A DNA stretch of 64,000 nucleotides from Salinispira sp. (GCA_965602015.1 OZ271918.1:64001-128000), one strand, 5' to 3'; counted from the stretch's first letter, positions 48,602 through 59,460 are shown. Notes: a model not told the origin generated them from the sequence alone. Made by a program: numbers and translations.

Positions 48602-49626
48602 TGAAGAAAACCATACAGTTTACCAAACACCGCTTTGTCATGATCGCCCTTTCGCTGGTATTACTTGCCGGCGGTCTGGCGGGAACCCTCGTTCAGGGCG
48701 GATTTAATCTGGGTATCGACTTCCAGGCCGGTTTGAGCCTTCAGGTCGAGCTCGACGGCAGCGGCATCGAAACCGGCGAAGTCCGCGACGCCCTGTCCAC
48801 CTTCGACGGCGTGCAGGTCCAGGAGCTCGGCGACCCCGGTCTGAACCGTTTTTCCGTGCGGCTTCAGGACGACGGGACCGTCGATAACTTTTCCAACGTT
48901 AAACGGGCGGAAATCAGCGATGCCCTCGGCGCGGCCTTTACCGGAGTCGAAATTCTCGGGGAAGATTACGTCGAACCCCGCTTCGCCGCCGATCTGGCGT
49001 TGAACGCGATTCTTCTGGTTAGCGGCGCAATCGCCCTTATTCTGGTGTATCTCTGGATTCGCTTCCGCATTGCCTATGCGGTGAGTTCCATTGCCGCGCT
49101 GGTTCACGACATCGCGTTTATGATTCTGTTCATCGGAACATTCCAGATCGAAGTGAGCTCGGCGACCATCGCCGCGGTGCTGACGATTATGGGTTACTCG
49201 CTGAACGATACCATCGTTATTTTCGACCGTATCCGGGAGAACGAGAAGCTCCTGAGCGAATCATCGTTTATTCAGGTGATCAACGTCTCTATTACTCAGA
49301 GCCTCAGCCGGACCATCATTACATCGCTGACGACCCTTCTGGCGGTCACCGCCATATTCGTCTTCACCACCGGTCAGATTCAGGCCTTTGCCCTGAACAT
49401 GATAGTCGGTGTACTGGTAGGTACCTACTCTTCAATCTTTATCGCCAGCCCGACTCTCATCGCCCTCACCAAGGGCCGGAGGATCAAGGAAAAAGCGAAA
49501 CCGGAAAACGGCATCGCCGCCCCGACATTGGACGGCGGCAGCGCCGAGAGCGAAACCGTTGCCGTGGACAGTTCGGCCATCAGAGAGCAGATCCGTGCGC
49601 AGCGATCGCGGAAGAAGAAAAAGTAA
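48601..49626 (+). CDS. secF: Protein translocase subunit SecF
   Basis: LGIDFQAG, ALVHD, GYSLNDTIVIFDRIREN, GTYSSIFIA. Confidence 0.97.
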   Translation: MKKTIQFTKHRFVMIALSLVLLAGGLAGTLVQGGFNLGIDFQAGLSLQVELDGSGIETGEVRDALSTFDGVQVQELGDPGLNRFSVRLQDDGTVDNFSNVKRAEISDALGAAFTGVEILGEDYVEPRFAADLALNAILLVSGAIALILVYLWIRFRIAYAVSSIAALVHDIAFMILFIGTFQIEVSSATIAAVLTIMGYSLNDTIVIFDRIRENEKLLSESSFIQVINVSITQSLSRTIITSLTTLLAVTAIFVFTTGQIQAFALNMIVGVLVGTYSSIFIASPTLIALTKGRRIKEKAKPENGIAAPTLDGGSAESETVAVDSSAIREQIRAQRSRKKKK

Positions 49627-49652
49627 ATGCCGAGCGCTGCATAGCGCCTAGC

Positions 49653-49683
49653 AAAAGGGCCGTCCATATGGGCGGCCTTTTTT
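49653..49683 (+). terminator. Rho-independent terminator after secF
   Basis: aaaagggccgtcc-atat-gggcggcc followed by a T run. Confidence 0.85.
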
Positions 49684-49732
49684 ATTGCCCCCGCGGCCTC
49701 CCGAGCCTATTTTGTTCGAAAGGAGATATCCA

Positions 49733-50350
49733 ATGCATGAAACCAACCCACACGCCGACTATTACGAAGCCCGGGGCCGGGCACGTGAAAGCCTGGAGCT
49801 GATCACCACCCGGAGAGCCCTGAGGAGAATGCTTCCCGACGAAATCGACCCCATGGCCATCCGCAGAGTCCTGGAAGCCGCCCGATGGGCTCCCAGCTGC
49901 GGCAATAATCAGCCATGGAAATACTATCTCTGTATCGGCGACGATGCTGTTAAGATTCGCGAAGCCCTGGTCGGGGGGAATTACTGGGCCGACCAGGCGC
50001 CAGCCTATCTCGTCGCGGCGGCGGATCCTCAAGACAGCTGTCAGCTCAACGATCAGCGGGAATATGCCATGCTGGACCTGGGTTTCAGCATGCAGAGCCT
50101 TTTTCTCCAGGCACATGCCGAGGGCCTGGTGGCTCATCCCATGGCGGGCTTCAAACCCCAGACGGCCCGGGAAAAGCTCGGAATCGGGGAAAACTATCGA
50201 GTTATGGCAATTGTATCCCTGGCGAAGCCCGGCGGTGACCGGGAGCTTTCCTCGAAGCATGAAGAGCTCGAGGCGGGCATTCAGCCCCGAAAACCCCAGG
50301 AAGACATGCTGTTTAATCCCGAAGTGCTAAAGACCCTGGGCAGTAACTGA
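49733..50350 (+). CDS. Nitroreductase family protein
   Basis: RRALR, EAARWAPSCGNNQPW, DLG....L.LQA..EGL..HPMAGF; AGGAG RBS. Confidence 0.92.
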   Translation: MHETNPHADYYEARGRARESLELITTRRALRRMLPDEIDPMAIRRVLEAARWAPSCGNNQPWKYYLCIGDDAVKIREALVGGNYWADQAPAYLVAAADPQDSCQLNDQREYAMLDLGFSMQSLFLQAHAEGLVAHPMAGFKPQTAREKLGIGENYRVMAIVSLAKPGGDRELSSKHEELEAGIQPRKPQEDMLFNPEVLKTLGSN

Positions 50351-51180
50351 TGACTGAGTCAGCAGTTCTGAACTATCTCCACATCAGCTCACCAGGGGAA
50401 AACAGCCGTCCGGCATTGATTTTTGTTCACGGCCTTTTCGGTTCCGGGGATAACTGGATGACATTGGGCCGCAAGCTGGCTGACAAGCGTCAGGTGTTTC
50501 TCATCGATTTGCCGAATCACGGTGATTCCCCCTGGACTAACTCTGCGGATTACCACCGCGCGGCGCAGCTCCTCGACGCAACCCTGGCCCAGATTGCTTC
50601 TGCCCATCCGGAAATACCGGCGTTTTCCCTGCTGGGGCATTCCATGGGGGGCAAGCTCGTCATGACAACTGCGCTGATATCCGGCAGCCTGCCGGAATGC
50701 GCATCGGGAACCTACCGCATCGACAGGATTGTGGTTGCGGACATCGCGCCTCGGGAGTACAGCCCGGCGCACCATGAGATTTTTGCCGCCATGGCCGCCT
50801 TGCCCCTTGGTGAAATTGCAAGCCGCTCGGATGCCGACAGACATCTGGCACAACGCCTGCCCGACGCCTATCTCAGGGCCTTTCTGCTTAAAAACCTCAG
50901 AAGGGATGAGGCCGGGGACTTTCGTTGGAAACTCAATCTCGACGTGCTAATTTCCGACTATTCCCATATACTTGGGTGGGACGCCGACGGACAATGGACG
51001 AATCCCGTGCTGTTCCTCAAAGGGGAGAAATCGGACTACATCGACTCCGAACGGGACGGCGATGCGATTAACACCCTGTTTCCCGAATCGCGCATCGAAA
51101 CCATTTCCGGCGCGGGTCATTGGCTGCATGCCGAAAAACCCGCTGAGGTGTTGAGTGCGCTGCGCAGTTTTATCGACTAA
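50350..51180 (+). CDS. Alpha/beta hydrolase (YbfF/ABHD11-like esterase)
   Basis: HGLFGS..NW, DLPNHGDS, GHSMGGK, DIAP, AGHWLHAEKP. Confidence 0.9.
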   Translation: MTESAVLNYLHISSPGENSRPALIFVHGLFGSGDNWMTLGRKLADKRQVFLIDLPNHGDSPWTNSADYHRAAQLLDATLAQIASAHPEIPAFSLLGHSMGGKLVMTTALISGSLPECASGTYRIDRIVVADIAPREYSPAHHEIFAAMAALPLGEIASRSDADRHLAQRLPDAYLRAFLLKNLRRDEAGDFRWKLNLDVLISDYSHILGWDADGQWTNPVLFLKGEKSDYIDSERDGDAINTLFPESRIETISGAGHWLHAEKPAEVLSALRSFID

Positions 51181-51224
51181 ATGCGCCAGAGTTACTCTAT
51201 GGCGATAAATCTGGAGGGCCGGGG

Positions 51225-53423
51225 ATGAAGCGGCTTATTGAAATCGAAGACGGCTGTCTTTTTGCGGTGGACGATCTCCGCCTGCATCCGGGAAAAGCCA
51301 TGCCCTTTGGCGCAACGCCCACTCCTCACGGTGTGCAGTTTTCCATTTTCAGCCGCAACGCCACCGATGTTTGGCTTCTTCTCTACGACGAAGAAACCGA
51401 TGAATCTCCCCGCTATGAAATCAGGCTGCGGCCCGAGTGCAATAAAACCGGTGATTGCTGGCATGTAATGATAGAAGGGCTAAAACCCGGGCAACTCTAT
51501 CTGTACCGAATGGACGGACCCTTCGACCCCGACAGCGGGCACCGCTTCAACAAGCACAAGGTGCTGTTCGATCCCTATGCGAAGGCCCTGACCGGCGGCT
51601 TCCGATGGGATTTGAGGGAGGCCTTCGCCTACATTCCCGGGCACCCAGAAGCCGATTTATCGTTCTCGAGCATTCAGGATGACGGGGCAATGCCGAAGTG
51701 TGTGGTGTTGGACGACGATTTCGAATGGAAGGGCGACCGTCCTCTGAATTACCCTCTTCGCAACACGGTTATTTACGAGACCCACGTACGAGGGCTGACC
51801 CAGCACCCCAGCGCTGCTTCCCGTTTCGGTGTAAAACATCCGGGAACCTTTCGGGGCGTCATCGAAATGATTCCCTATTTGAAGGAACTTGGCGTTACCA
51901 GCCTCGAATTGCTCCCGGTACAGGAATTCGACGAGTTCGAGTATGAGGAGCGCAGCAATCCCTTTACCGGCGAAGCCCTGAAGAATTACTGGGGCTATTC
52001 CACCATCGCCTTTTTCGCGCCAAAGGCCAGCTACGCCCACAGTCACCATCTGGGGGGGCAGGTCCGGGAATTCAAGGAAATGGTGAGGGAGCTTCACTCC
52101 GCGGGAATAGAGATCATCCTGGACATCGTCTTCAATCACAGCGGCGAAGGCGATCAGATGGGCCATACCTTCAGCTTCAAGGGCATCGACAACCGAATTT
52201 ACTACATGCTCGCTCCCCAACCCCGTTATTACATGAACTATTCGGGTTGCGGCAACACCCTGAATTGCAATCACCCGGTTGTTCGGGGAATGATTATCGA
52301 AGCACTGCGATACTGGGTGCAGGAAATGCATGTCGACGGATTCCGCTTCGACCTTGGCTCAATTCTGGGTCGCGATGAAAGGGGGGAACTGATGGATAAT
52401 CCTCCGGTTCTCGAGCGGATTTCTCACGATCCGGTTCTCCGGGACACAAAAATCATCGCCGAGGCCTGGGACGCCGGCGGGGCATACCAGGTGGGCAATT
52501 TTCCCGGAGGACGATGGGCCGAATGGAACGACCGCTACCGGGACGACATCCGGTCCTTCTGGAAGGGAGACTGGCACAAGGTCAGCGACTTCGCCACCCG
52601 ATTCGGAGGAAGCTCGGACCTGTACCTTCAGACCGGACGCAAGCCCTTTCATTCCATCAATTACATAACCGCCCATGACGGATTCACCCTAAACGATCTT
52701 GTAAGCTACAACGACAAGCACAACGAAGCAAACGGCGAGGAAAACCGCGACGGTCATAACCATAACCTGAGCTACAACTACGGCGTCGAAGGTGAAAGCG
52801 ATGACCCGGGTATTCTTGAAATCCGAAACCGGATGGTGAAGAACATGCTGGCCACCCTTTTGCTCTCGAGCGGTACGCCCATGCTCCTGGGAGGGGACGA
52901 ACTGCGGAGGACCCAGAACGGGAACAACAATGCCTATTGTCAGGATAACGAGATTTCCTGGTACGACTACCGTCGGCTCGACGAGCATCCCGACGTGTAC
53001 CGCTTCGCCCGGATGCTTATCGCATTCCGAAAGAACCATCCCGCCCTTCAGCGCCAGGAATTCTACGCCGGAAGGGACCTGTCTCAGAACCAGGTGTTGG
53101 ATATCAGTTGGTTCAATGAATTCGGAGATGACATGGACTGGGGTCGGAATCTCAACATTCTGGCGGTGCGCATAGACGGAAGCCAAAAAGAAATCCATGC
53201 CGATCAGGATGACAACGACCTGCTTCTTTTGTTCAATGCCAGCGGAGACAATGTGGATTTCTTTATCATCCAGCCAAAACCGGGCCAGCGATGGTACCGG
53301 GTGGTCGATACGGGTCTCGAAAGTCCCCAGGACGCGGTGGAAGAAGAAGACGCCCCCCGGGTCGACGAGTTGAGCAACTATCTGGTTCGCAGCAGGTCCC
53401 TGGTTGTCCTCATTTCCCGCTAG
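51225..53423 (+). CDS. glgX: Glycogen debranching enzyme / isoamylase (GH13)
   Basis: NYWGY, DIVFNH, DGFRFDL, IAEAWD, TAHDGFTL, QNGNNNAYCQDN. Confidence 0.96.
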   Translation: MKRLIEIEDGCLFAVDDLRLHPGKAMPFGATPTPHGVQFSIFSRNATDVWLLLYDEETDESPRYEIRLRPECNKTGDCWHVMIEGLKPGQLYLYRMDGPFDPDSGHRFNKHKVLFDPYAKALTGGFRWDLREAFAYIPGHPEADLSFSSIQDDGAMPKCVVLDDDFEWKGDRPLNYPLRNTVIYETHVRGLTQHPSAASRFGVKHPGTFRGVIEMIPYLKELGVTSLELLPVQEFDEFEYEERSNPFTGEALKNYWGYSTIAFFAPKASYAHSHHLGGQVREFKEMVRELHSAGIEIILDIVFNHSGEGDQMGHTFSFKGIDNRIYYMLAPQPRYYMNYSGCGNTLNCNHPVVRGMIIEALRYWVQEMHVDGFRFDLGSILGRDERGELMDNPPVLERISHDPVLRDTKIIAEAWDAGGAYQVGNFPGGRWAEWNDRYRDDIRSFWKGDWHKVSDFATRFGGSSDLYLQTGRKPFHSINYITAHDGFTLNDLVSYNDKHNEANGEENRDGHNHNLSYNYGVEGESDDPGILEIRNRMVKNMLATLLLSSGTPMLLGGDELRRTQNGNNNAYCQDNEISWYDYRRLDEHPDVYRFARMLIAFRKNHPALQRQEFYAGRDLSQNQVLDISWFNEFGDDMDWGRNLNILAVRIDGSQKEIHADQDDNDLLLLFNASGDNVDFFIIQPKPGQRWYRVVDTGLESPQDAVEEEDAPRVDELSNYLVRSRSLVVLISR

Positions 53424-54228
53424 CACCGGACCCGGAAATCAGGTCGCGGATGTGGTAGTACCCGCCGCTTTCCAGTTTTTCAAAGTCCAAGGAAAGAATA
53501 GCCTCGGCGACCTGCCTGGCGTCCCGCACCTGGCCGTCCCGGGACGCATTGCGGAAAAACTCAACCTCCGGAAAATCATCGGACTCCTTCGAACGAATTA
53601 TTTCCTGCATATTCGTCTCAACCATGCCCGGTGAAATCGCATAGGCCTTAACGGGCCAGATTGATTCTTTCTGTTCGGCGGCGATGCTGAGACTCGCCAT
53701 GTTTAACGCCGCCTTGCTCATGGAGTACAGGGCTGCGCCGGGCATTGGCCCCTTAGAAGCGCCGGAACTGATATTGATAATCCGCTTAGCCGGTGTTTCC
53801 AGCTGCTGAAATTGCCCTGCGAACCAGCCGCTGAGCAGCGCCGGGGCAAGGCTGTTCGCCTGGAGGGCGTGGGCGGCTTCGGTGATTCTGCCGTCGTCTC
53901 GCCACAGGGAGGAGAGAAGTTGGAGGGGGCCGAGAACCGCCGCGTTGTTTACCAGCTCAACGGATGAAGCTGTGCCGTGCTTTGCGAAGAACTGATCGCA
54001 CAACTTCGTTAGCTCGCCAGTCAATGCGCGATAAATGCTGTGATCCGCCAGGTCCCCCCGCACACTTCTATACCACAGGCAGGACGCATTGAGCTCCCGG
54101 TCCAGCTCGGCATTGGCCCGCCTGGATATGGCGATGAGTCCAAGGCGTTCGCCCTGTTTCTCGGCGCTGACTTCCGCAAGCTGCCTTCCGATTCCCCTGC
54201 TGTAGCCCGTAATGATCATGAATTTCAT
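53410..54228 (-). CDS. Short-chain dehydrogenase/reductase (benzil/sepiapterin reductase-like)
   Basis: TGYSRGIG, NNAA, NISSGA, YSMSK, PGMVETNMQ; GGAGG RBS before ATG 54228. Confidence 0.88.
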   Translation of the reverse strand: MKFMIITGYSRGIGRQLAEVSAEKQGERLGLIAISRRANAELDRELNASCLWYRSVRGDLADHSIYRALTGELTKLCDQFFAKHGTASSVELVNNAAVLGPLQLLSSLWRDDGRITEAAHALQANSLAPALLSGWFAGQFQQLETPAKRIINISSGASKGPMPGAALYSMSKAALNMASLSIAAEQKESIWPVKAYAISPGMVETNMQEIIRSKESDDFPEVEFFRNASRDGQVRDARQVAEAILSLDFEKLESGGYYHIRDLISGSGASGK

Positions 54229-54293
54229 ATCAGTTCCTCCCCGGGTATTGTGTGGTTGTGTACAGTATATTGAATTATCCGGGATTCCGGAAC

Positions 54294-54322
54294 TTGACAA
54301 CAGGCAGACATGAGATCATATT
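54294..54322 (+). promoter_or_regulatory. Sigma70-type promoter of the thrS leader
   Basis: TTGACA-17 nt-CATATT. Confidence 0.55.
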
Positions 54323-54329
54323 TATCGGC

Positions 54330-54642
54330 AACGGCGCTAATGAAGACGAGTAATCGGTACGGGCTCCCACAGAGAGGAAATCCCCGGCTGGAAGATTTCC
54401 GGTGCCCGCCGACGAAAACCCCTTCACAGCTGCGGCCTGGAACGGAAGCGGAATGCTCCCCTGCTTAACGGCGTAATGAGCTTCACGTCCTCCAACTATA
54501 GGCCGCCGGTTTTCCCCGTCACGGAACGGACCCGGGATGCGACGCATCAGGAGCGCTGTCTCCAACGTCCGGGGACGAGTGCCCGGCCTCTACGCCGGGA
54601 AGTAAGGTGGTACCGCGGAAGGACGTTGCTCCTTTCGTCCTT
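54330..54642 (+). ncRNA. T-box riboswitch (Thr) upstream of thrS
   Basis: AGTA 54349; AGAGA 54371; GGCTGGAA 54386; specifier loop GAAA-ACC (54418-54420); IIA/B-like ttcc-ccgtcac-ggaa-cgg; stem III; T-box AAGGTGGTACCGCG 54604-54617 pairing with CGTCCTT 54636-54642. Confidence 0.9.
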
Positions 54643-54752
54643 ATGACATACTGCAATAATGTCCGGCGGACAATTGCTGATGCGGTGCCTATACCACGAG
54701 TATTCCCCTGTCAGCACACGGTTCTCCGGCGGCACATCTCCAGGAGGTGCGT

Positions 54753-56534
54753 ATGTCTGAGGCAGTTGTCGCTCAAAAATCGAGCGAAGCCCAGAACAAT
54801 GAGGACCGGTTGTACCGGATCCGACACACTGTGGCCCATATCATGGCTGAAGCAGTGCTGAAGAAGTTTCCCGATGCGAAAATCGCCATCGGGCCGCCGA
54901 TCGATAATGGTTTCTATTACGATTTTGATCTCCCCCAGGCATTGAGGGAAGAGGATCTGGCGGAAATCGAAGCAGAGATGCAGGAGATCGTCAAAGGCAA
55001 GTACGATCTGGCGAAAAAGGTCATTACCCGGGACGAGGCCAAGAGCCTTTTTGCCGACCAGCCATACAAGCTGGAGCTGGTGGACGCGATTCCTGCGGAA
55101 GACGAGGTGAGCCTTTACACTGTCGACAAGTTCACCGATCTGTGCCGCGGTCCGCATGTGGAGAACACCCGCGACATCAACTGGAAGAGCTTCAAGCTGC
55201 TGCGGATAGCCGGGGCATACTGGCGCGGCGATTCCACCCGGCCCATGCTTACCCGAATCTACGGTACCGCCTGGGAGGATCCCAAACAGCTTCGTCTGTA
55301 TCTCGATCACCTCAAAGAGATTGAGAAACGGGACCACCGAAACCTCGGGCGCGACCTCGAGCTTTTCCACATCGAAGATGAGAACCCGGGTCAGATTTTC
55401 TGGCATCCCAAGGGCTGGAGCATTTATCTCGAAATCCAGAACTATGTCCGTCGAAAAATCAGCGCCCAGGGTTACCGCGAGGTAAACACTCCTTCGGTTA
55501 TGCCCAAGACCCTTTGGGACCGTTCAGGACACTGGGCAAAATATAAGGAAAACATGTTTGTCACCGAGAGTGAAAAGCGGGAATTCGCCCTAAAGCCGAT
55601 GAACTGTCCAGGTCATATCGAGATATTCAAGAAAGGACTAAAAAGCTATCGCGATCTTCCGCTGAGAATAGCTGAGTTCGGCAGCTGTACCCGCAATGAG
55701 CCAAGCGGAGCCCTTCACGGCATCATGCGGGTCAGGGGCTTTGTCCAGGACGACGCGCATATTTTTTGTACCGAGGAACAGATCGGCGATGAGGTAACCC
55801 TTTTCGTCGAACTGCTCAAGGACATGTATGCGGATTTCGGCTTCGGGGACGACAGCATCATCGTCAAGTTTTCCACCAGGCCGGAAAAACGGGTCGGAGA
55901 CGACGCAACCTGGGATCGGGCGGAGGCTGCCCTGGAAGCTGCCTGTCGTCAGGCTAAGCTGGATTACGAGGTCGCCGAAGGCGAAGGGGCGTTCTACGGC
56001 CCCAAGCTCGAGTTCACCCTGGTCGATGCCCTGGGCCGTCACTGGCAGTGCGGAACCATTCAGGTCGATTACCAGCTGCCGTCCGCCGAGCGGCTAAATG
56101 CGAGCTACGTGGGCGAGGACGGCGAAAAACATGCCCCGGTCCTGCTGCACCGGGCGGTTCTGGGCAGCCTTGAGCGCTTTATCGGCATCCTCATTGAACA
56201 GTATGCCGGGGCCTTCCCCGTCTGGCTGTCTCCCGATCAAGCGGTGGTTATTCCCGTCGGTCCAGCCTTCGAAGACGGCGCGGCAAAGCTCGCCCAAGCG
56301 CTTCGCGCCCGGGGCTTGAAGGTCAGAGCAGATAACAGCGACGCCCGGATGAACGCAAAAATCCGCAAGCATCAAAAGCAAAAGGTGCCGTACATGCTCA
56401 TTGTCGGCGAAAAAGAATTGGCCGAAGGGACGGTGTCAGTTCGCACCAGAACCAATGAGCAGATGAACGGCATGCCCCTCGAGGAGTTTATTTCTTTTAT
56501 CGAGGAGAAAATTGCGAGCAAGGCGGTTTTGTAG
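54753..56534 (+). CDS. thrS: Threonine--tRNA ligase (short form lacking the N-terminal TGS domain)
   Basis: [64 protein letters not shown]. Confidence 0.98.
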   Translation: MSEAVVAQKSSEAQNNEDRLYRIRHTVAHIMAEAVLKKFPDAKIAIGPPIDNGFYYDFDLPQALREEDLAEIEAEMQEIVKGKYDLAKKVITRDEAKSLFADQPYKLELVDAIPAEDEVSLYTVDKFTDLCRGPHVENTRDINWKSFKLLRIAGAYWRGDSTRPMLTRIYGTAWEDPKQLRLYLDHLKEIEKRDHRNLGRDLELFHIEDENPGQIFWHPKGWSIYLEIQNYVRRKISAQGYREVNTPSVMPKTLWDRSGHWAKYKENMFVTESEKREFALKPMNCPGHIEIFKKGLKSYRDLPLRIAEFGSCTRNEPSGALHGIMRVRGFVQDDAHIFCTEEQIGDEVTLFVELLKDMYADFGFGDDSIIVKFSTRPEKRVGDDATWDRAEAALEAACRQAKLDYEVAEGEGAFYGPKLEFTLVDALGRHWQCGTIQVDYQLPSAERLNASYVGEDGEKHAPVLLHRAVLGSLERFIGILIEQYAGAFPVWLSPDQAVVIPVGPAFEDGAAKLAQALRARGLKVRADNSDARMNAKIRKHQKQKVPYMLIVGEKELAEGTVSVRTRTNEQMNGMPLEEFISFIEEKIASKAVL

Positions 56535-56641
56535 AATTACCGATGATTGCAGGCCGCTGACAGCGTGGCGGCCTGCGTGTTATGCCCCGCAGAAATTCCC
56601 GGCTATTCCAGACCGGGCAACAGCGAGGAAAAGGAGAACAC

Positions 56642-58174
56642 ATGACAGCGAAACAGGCAGTCGGCAGACTGCAAGAGATCGGCGAGGAACTCAAGATTTG
56701 GAGCGGAATCGGTTCGCTTCTCGGCTGGGATCAGGAAACCTATATGCCCGAAAAGGCGGTTCTCGAGAGAAGCAAACAGCAGGCCGCACTGAGCAGTCTG
56801 CTTCACGAGAAAGGCACCAGCCCGGAAATCGGAAAACTCCTGGAAAATCTCGGGGCAGACGAAAACAATCTCATGGGCGACGATGCAGTCTGCGCCGACC
56901 TCACCGAAACGGAACGGGCTTTGATCAGGGTTTTCTACAGGGATTACACCAAGGAAACCAAGCTGCCTGCCGATCTCGTCAAGGAGCTGTCCGAAACCAG
57001 AAGCCAGGCACAGGCCGTTTGGGCAAAGGCTAAGCAGGACAACGATTTCCCCAGCTTCCAGCCCTGGCTGGAAAAACTCATAGACCTAAAACTCCGCACC
57101 GCCGACGCATACGGCTGGAGTGACAACCCCTACGACCCTCTGCTCGATGAGTACGAGCCCGGCATGAAGACCGCCGATGTGGACCGGGTGTTTACCGCCC
57201 TGAAAGCCGATCTGGTTCCCCTGGTTCAAAAAATCGCCGATGCGAAACAGGTGGACAACAGTTTTCTTACCAAGCACTATCCCGCAGATCTGCAGGAAAA
57301 ATTCGGCCTGTTTGTGCTTGAAAAACTGAATTACCCCATGGACCGGGGGCGCTTGGATGTCACCGCTCATCCCTTCACCACCGAACTCGGCTCCGACGAC
57401 ATCCGCATTACGACGCGCTACCTGGAGGACTTTTTTAACTCGTCGCTGTACAGCATCGTCCATGAGGCGGGGCACGGCCTGTACGAGTTGGGCATGGGAG
57501 AAGATATCCGAGGCAACGTCCTCGCCGGCGGGACCAGCCTGGGCATTCACGAATCCCAGTCGAGGACCTGGGAGAACCTGGTCGGACGAAGCCGGGAGTT
57601 CTGGCAGTATTTCCTGCCCCATCTCGTAAAGATCTTCCCTGAAAACCTCAAGGGGGTTGACGTCGAGGGTATGTGGAAGGCGGTCAACAAGGTCGAGCCC
57701 TCGTTCATCAGGGTCGAAGCCGACGAAGTCACCTACAGCCTTCACGTCATGCTTAGATTCGAGCTCGAGAAGAAGCTCATCAACCGTCAACTTGCGGTAA
57801 AAGACCTTCCCGAAGCCTGGAACGAGGGCATGCGGGAGATGCTTGGCATCGTGCCCGCAAATGATGCGGAAGGCTGTCTGCAGGATGTCCATTGGAGCTT
57901 TGGTCTTTTTGGCTATTTTCCCACCTACGCTCTGGGTAACCTCTACGGCTCCCAGTTTTGGAATAGCATGATGAAGGACCTGCCGAATACCTATGAGAAA
58001 ATGGCTGCAGGAGACTTTTCAGAGATTCTCGGTTGGCTGCGAAGCAAAATTCACCGGCATGGCTCCGCAAAAACTGCTGATGAACTCGCTCTCGAAGTCA
58101 CCGGAGAGGCTCTCAATGCCCAGTACTTCGTCGACTATCTCAATAAAAAATACGGCGAAGTGTACGGCCTCTGA
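56642..58174 (+). CDS. Carboxypeptidase M32 family
   Basis: LLGWDQET, HPF, RITTRY, HEAGH, HESQS, IRVEADE, GCLQDVHW, GYFPTYALG. Confidence 0.96.
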   Translation: MTAKQAVGRLQEIGEELKIWSGIGSLLGWDQETYMPEKAVLERSKQQAALSSLLHEKGTSPEIGKLLENLGADENNLMGDDAVCADLTETERALIRVFYRDYTKETKLPADLVKELSETRSQAQAVWAKAKQDNDFPSFQPWLEKLIDLKLRTADAYGWSDNPYDPLLDEYEPGMKTADVDRVFTALKADLVPLVQKIADAKQVDNSFLTKHYPADLQEKFGLFVLEKLNYPMDRGRLDVTAHPFTTELGSDDIRITTRYLEDFFNSSLYSIVHEAGHGLYELGMGEDIRGNVLAGGTSLGIHESQSRTWENLVGRSREFWQYFLPHLVKIFPENLKGVDVEGMWKAVNKVEPSFIRVEADEVTYSLHVMLRFELEKKLINRQLAVKDLPEAWNEGMREMLGIVPANDAEGCLQDVHWSFGLFGYFPTYALGNLYGSQFWNSMMKDLPNTYEKMAAGDFSEILGWLRSKIHRHGSAKTADELALEVTGEALNAQYFVDYLNKKYGEVYGL

Positions 58175-58206
58175 TTGAATTCATCCTTCTGACCGTTATA
58201 GATTCT

Positions 58207-58242
58207 AGCCCCGGCATTGCACAACGCTGCCGGGGCTTTTTT
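58207..58242 (+). terminator. Rho-independent terminator
   Basis: agccccggca...tgccggggct followed by a T run. Confidence 0.85.
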
Positions 58243-58293
58243 ATTGGTATTTTTTCCCGCTGGGGGCAGATAGCTGCCGATAAGGATAGTGGA

Positions 58294-58593
58294 ATGCAGG
58301 TCGTACTCTATAAAAAAACAGTGAAAAACAATCTCTACTATTATTCGATAGACGACCGCCAGCAGTCGCTGTTTCATCCCCATGCCATTACTGTCCGCTG
58401 GGGCAGCAAGCCTGACGGAGGCAGGGAAAAACAGTATTATTTTATCTCCGAGACAGAAAAAAACCGGAAAATCCGCAGTCTTCTAAAGGTCAAGCTCAAG
58501 GAATATGAAGTGCTCTACAGCTACTTCAAGGATATGCAGCAAAAGGGCCGGGAGATCCTCAGCGCCGACCTGGCAGACCGCATTACTTCCTGA
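58294..58593 (+). CDS. Small basic hypothetical protein, possibly WGR-like
   Basis: YYYSI..Q.SLF....ITVRWG pattern, K..K.Y tail. Confidence 0.6.
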   Translation: MQVVLYKKTVKNNLYYYSIDDRQQSLFHPHAITVRWGSKPDGGREKQYYFISETEKNRKIRSLLKVKLKEYEVLYSYFKDMQQKGREILSADLADRITS

Positions 58594-58665
58594 GAAATCG
58601 TCGCATGGTCGCCTCGTCTCCCCGGGAAAATCAGCTGTTTTCGGGGCACTCCACTGTGGCTAACT

Positions 58666-59460
58666 CTAACCGTCGTTTCGTAGGTCTGAAACAAACGCAA
58701 TAATTTTCTCAATGAGCGATATTACCAATACCGGTGCAGCTATCCATTCTGCTATTCCGCTGATCAGCGGATAAAAGTCCCGAAGCGGCGGGACGAACTG
58801 AAGCAGGGCGATGGCATACACAGTCATGGTCAGGAAGATGGATGCCTTGGCGAGAAGGCTGGAATGATGCGGGGTTATGCCTCCCCGGGTAATCATCAGA
58901 ATTCCCGCAGCCGCCCACTGGAAGAACAACCGCGCCATCACCACAATAAAAAACCAATCGGGCAGCAGGTCGAATATGATATATGCGATTGAAAGCGAAA
59001 TAAGAACTGCATAATCGCTCATGCTGTCCAGATATGCCCCGATTTGTGTCGTTTCATGAAGGCGGCGGCTGATATTTCCGTCCAGGAAATCGGTGATAAA
59101 CGCAAGGAACACGTAGCTGATCAGGGGAACGAGCACCCGATGGTTTGGAAGCAGGATTATCAGGAAAACGATGGACGGCAAGCTGCTTATTCTCAACAGG
59201 GTAATAAAAATCGGAATGTTGATTCGAGAGAGTGCTGAAGAGTCCCGGGTATGCACGAAGAAATCCAGCATATTCGATAGTATGAGCATGATGAGCAGGT
59301 GGTGAATAAACAGAATCGCCAAGAATGCCAATAAATCGCTGAATGACACTGAGATGAATATCCCGATGAGAATTATTGCCGTTCCGTGCAGCATAAAGAG
59401 GCCGGACAGGTTAAGGGTCAGATTCAGCAAGAGCCGGTGCCGCCGGGATCTCTGTTTCAT
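58666..59460 (-). CDS. CDP-alcohol phosphatidyltransferase family protein (start uncertain)
   Basis: TDFLDGNISRR....QIGAYLDSMSD; extra N-terminal TM helices. Confidence 0.85.
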   Translation of the reverse strand: MKQRSRRHRLLLNLTLNLSGLFMLHGTAIILIGIFISVSFSDLLAFLAILFIHHLLIMLILSNMLDFFVHTRDSSALSRINIPIFITLLRISSLPSIVFLIILLPNHRVLVPLISYVFLAFITDFLDGNISRRLHETTQIGAYLDSMSDYAVLISLSIAYIIFDLLPDWFFIVVMARLFFQWAAAGILMITRGGITPHHSSLLAKASIFLTMTVYAIALLQFVPPLRDFYPLISGIAEWIAAPVLVISLIEKIIAFVSDLRNDG

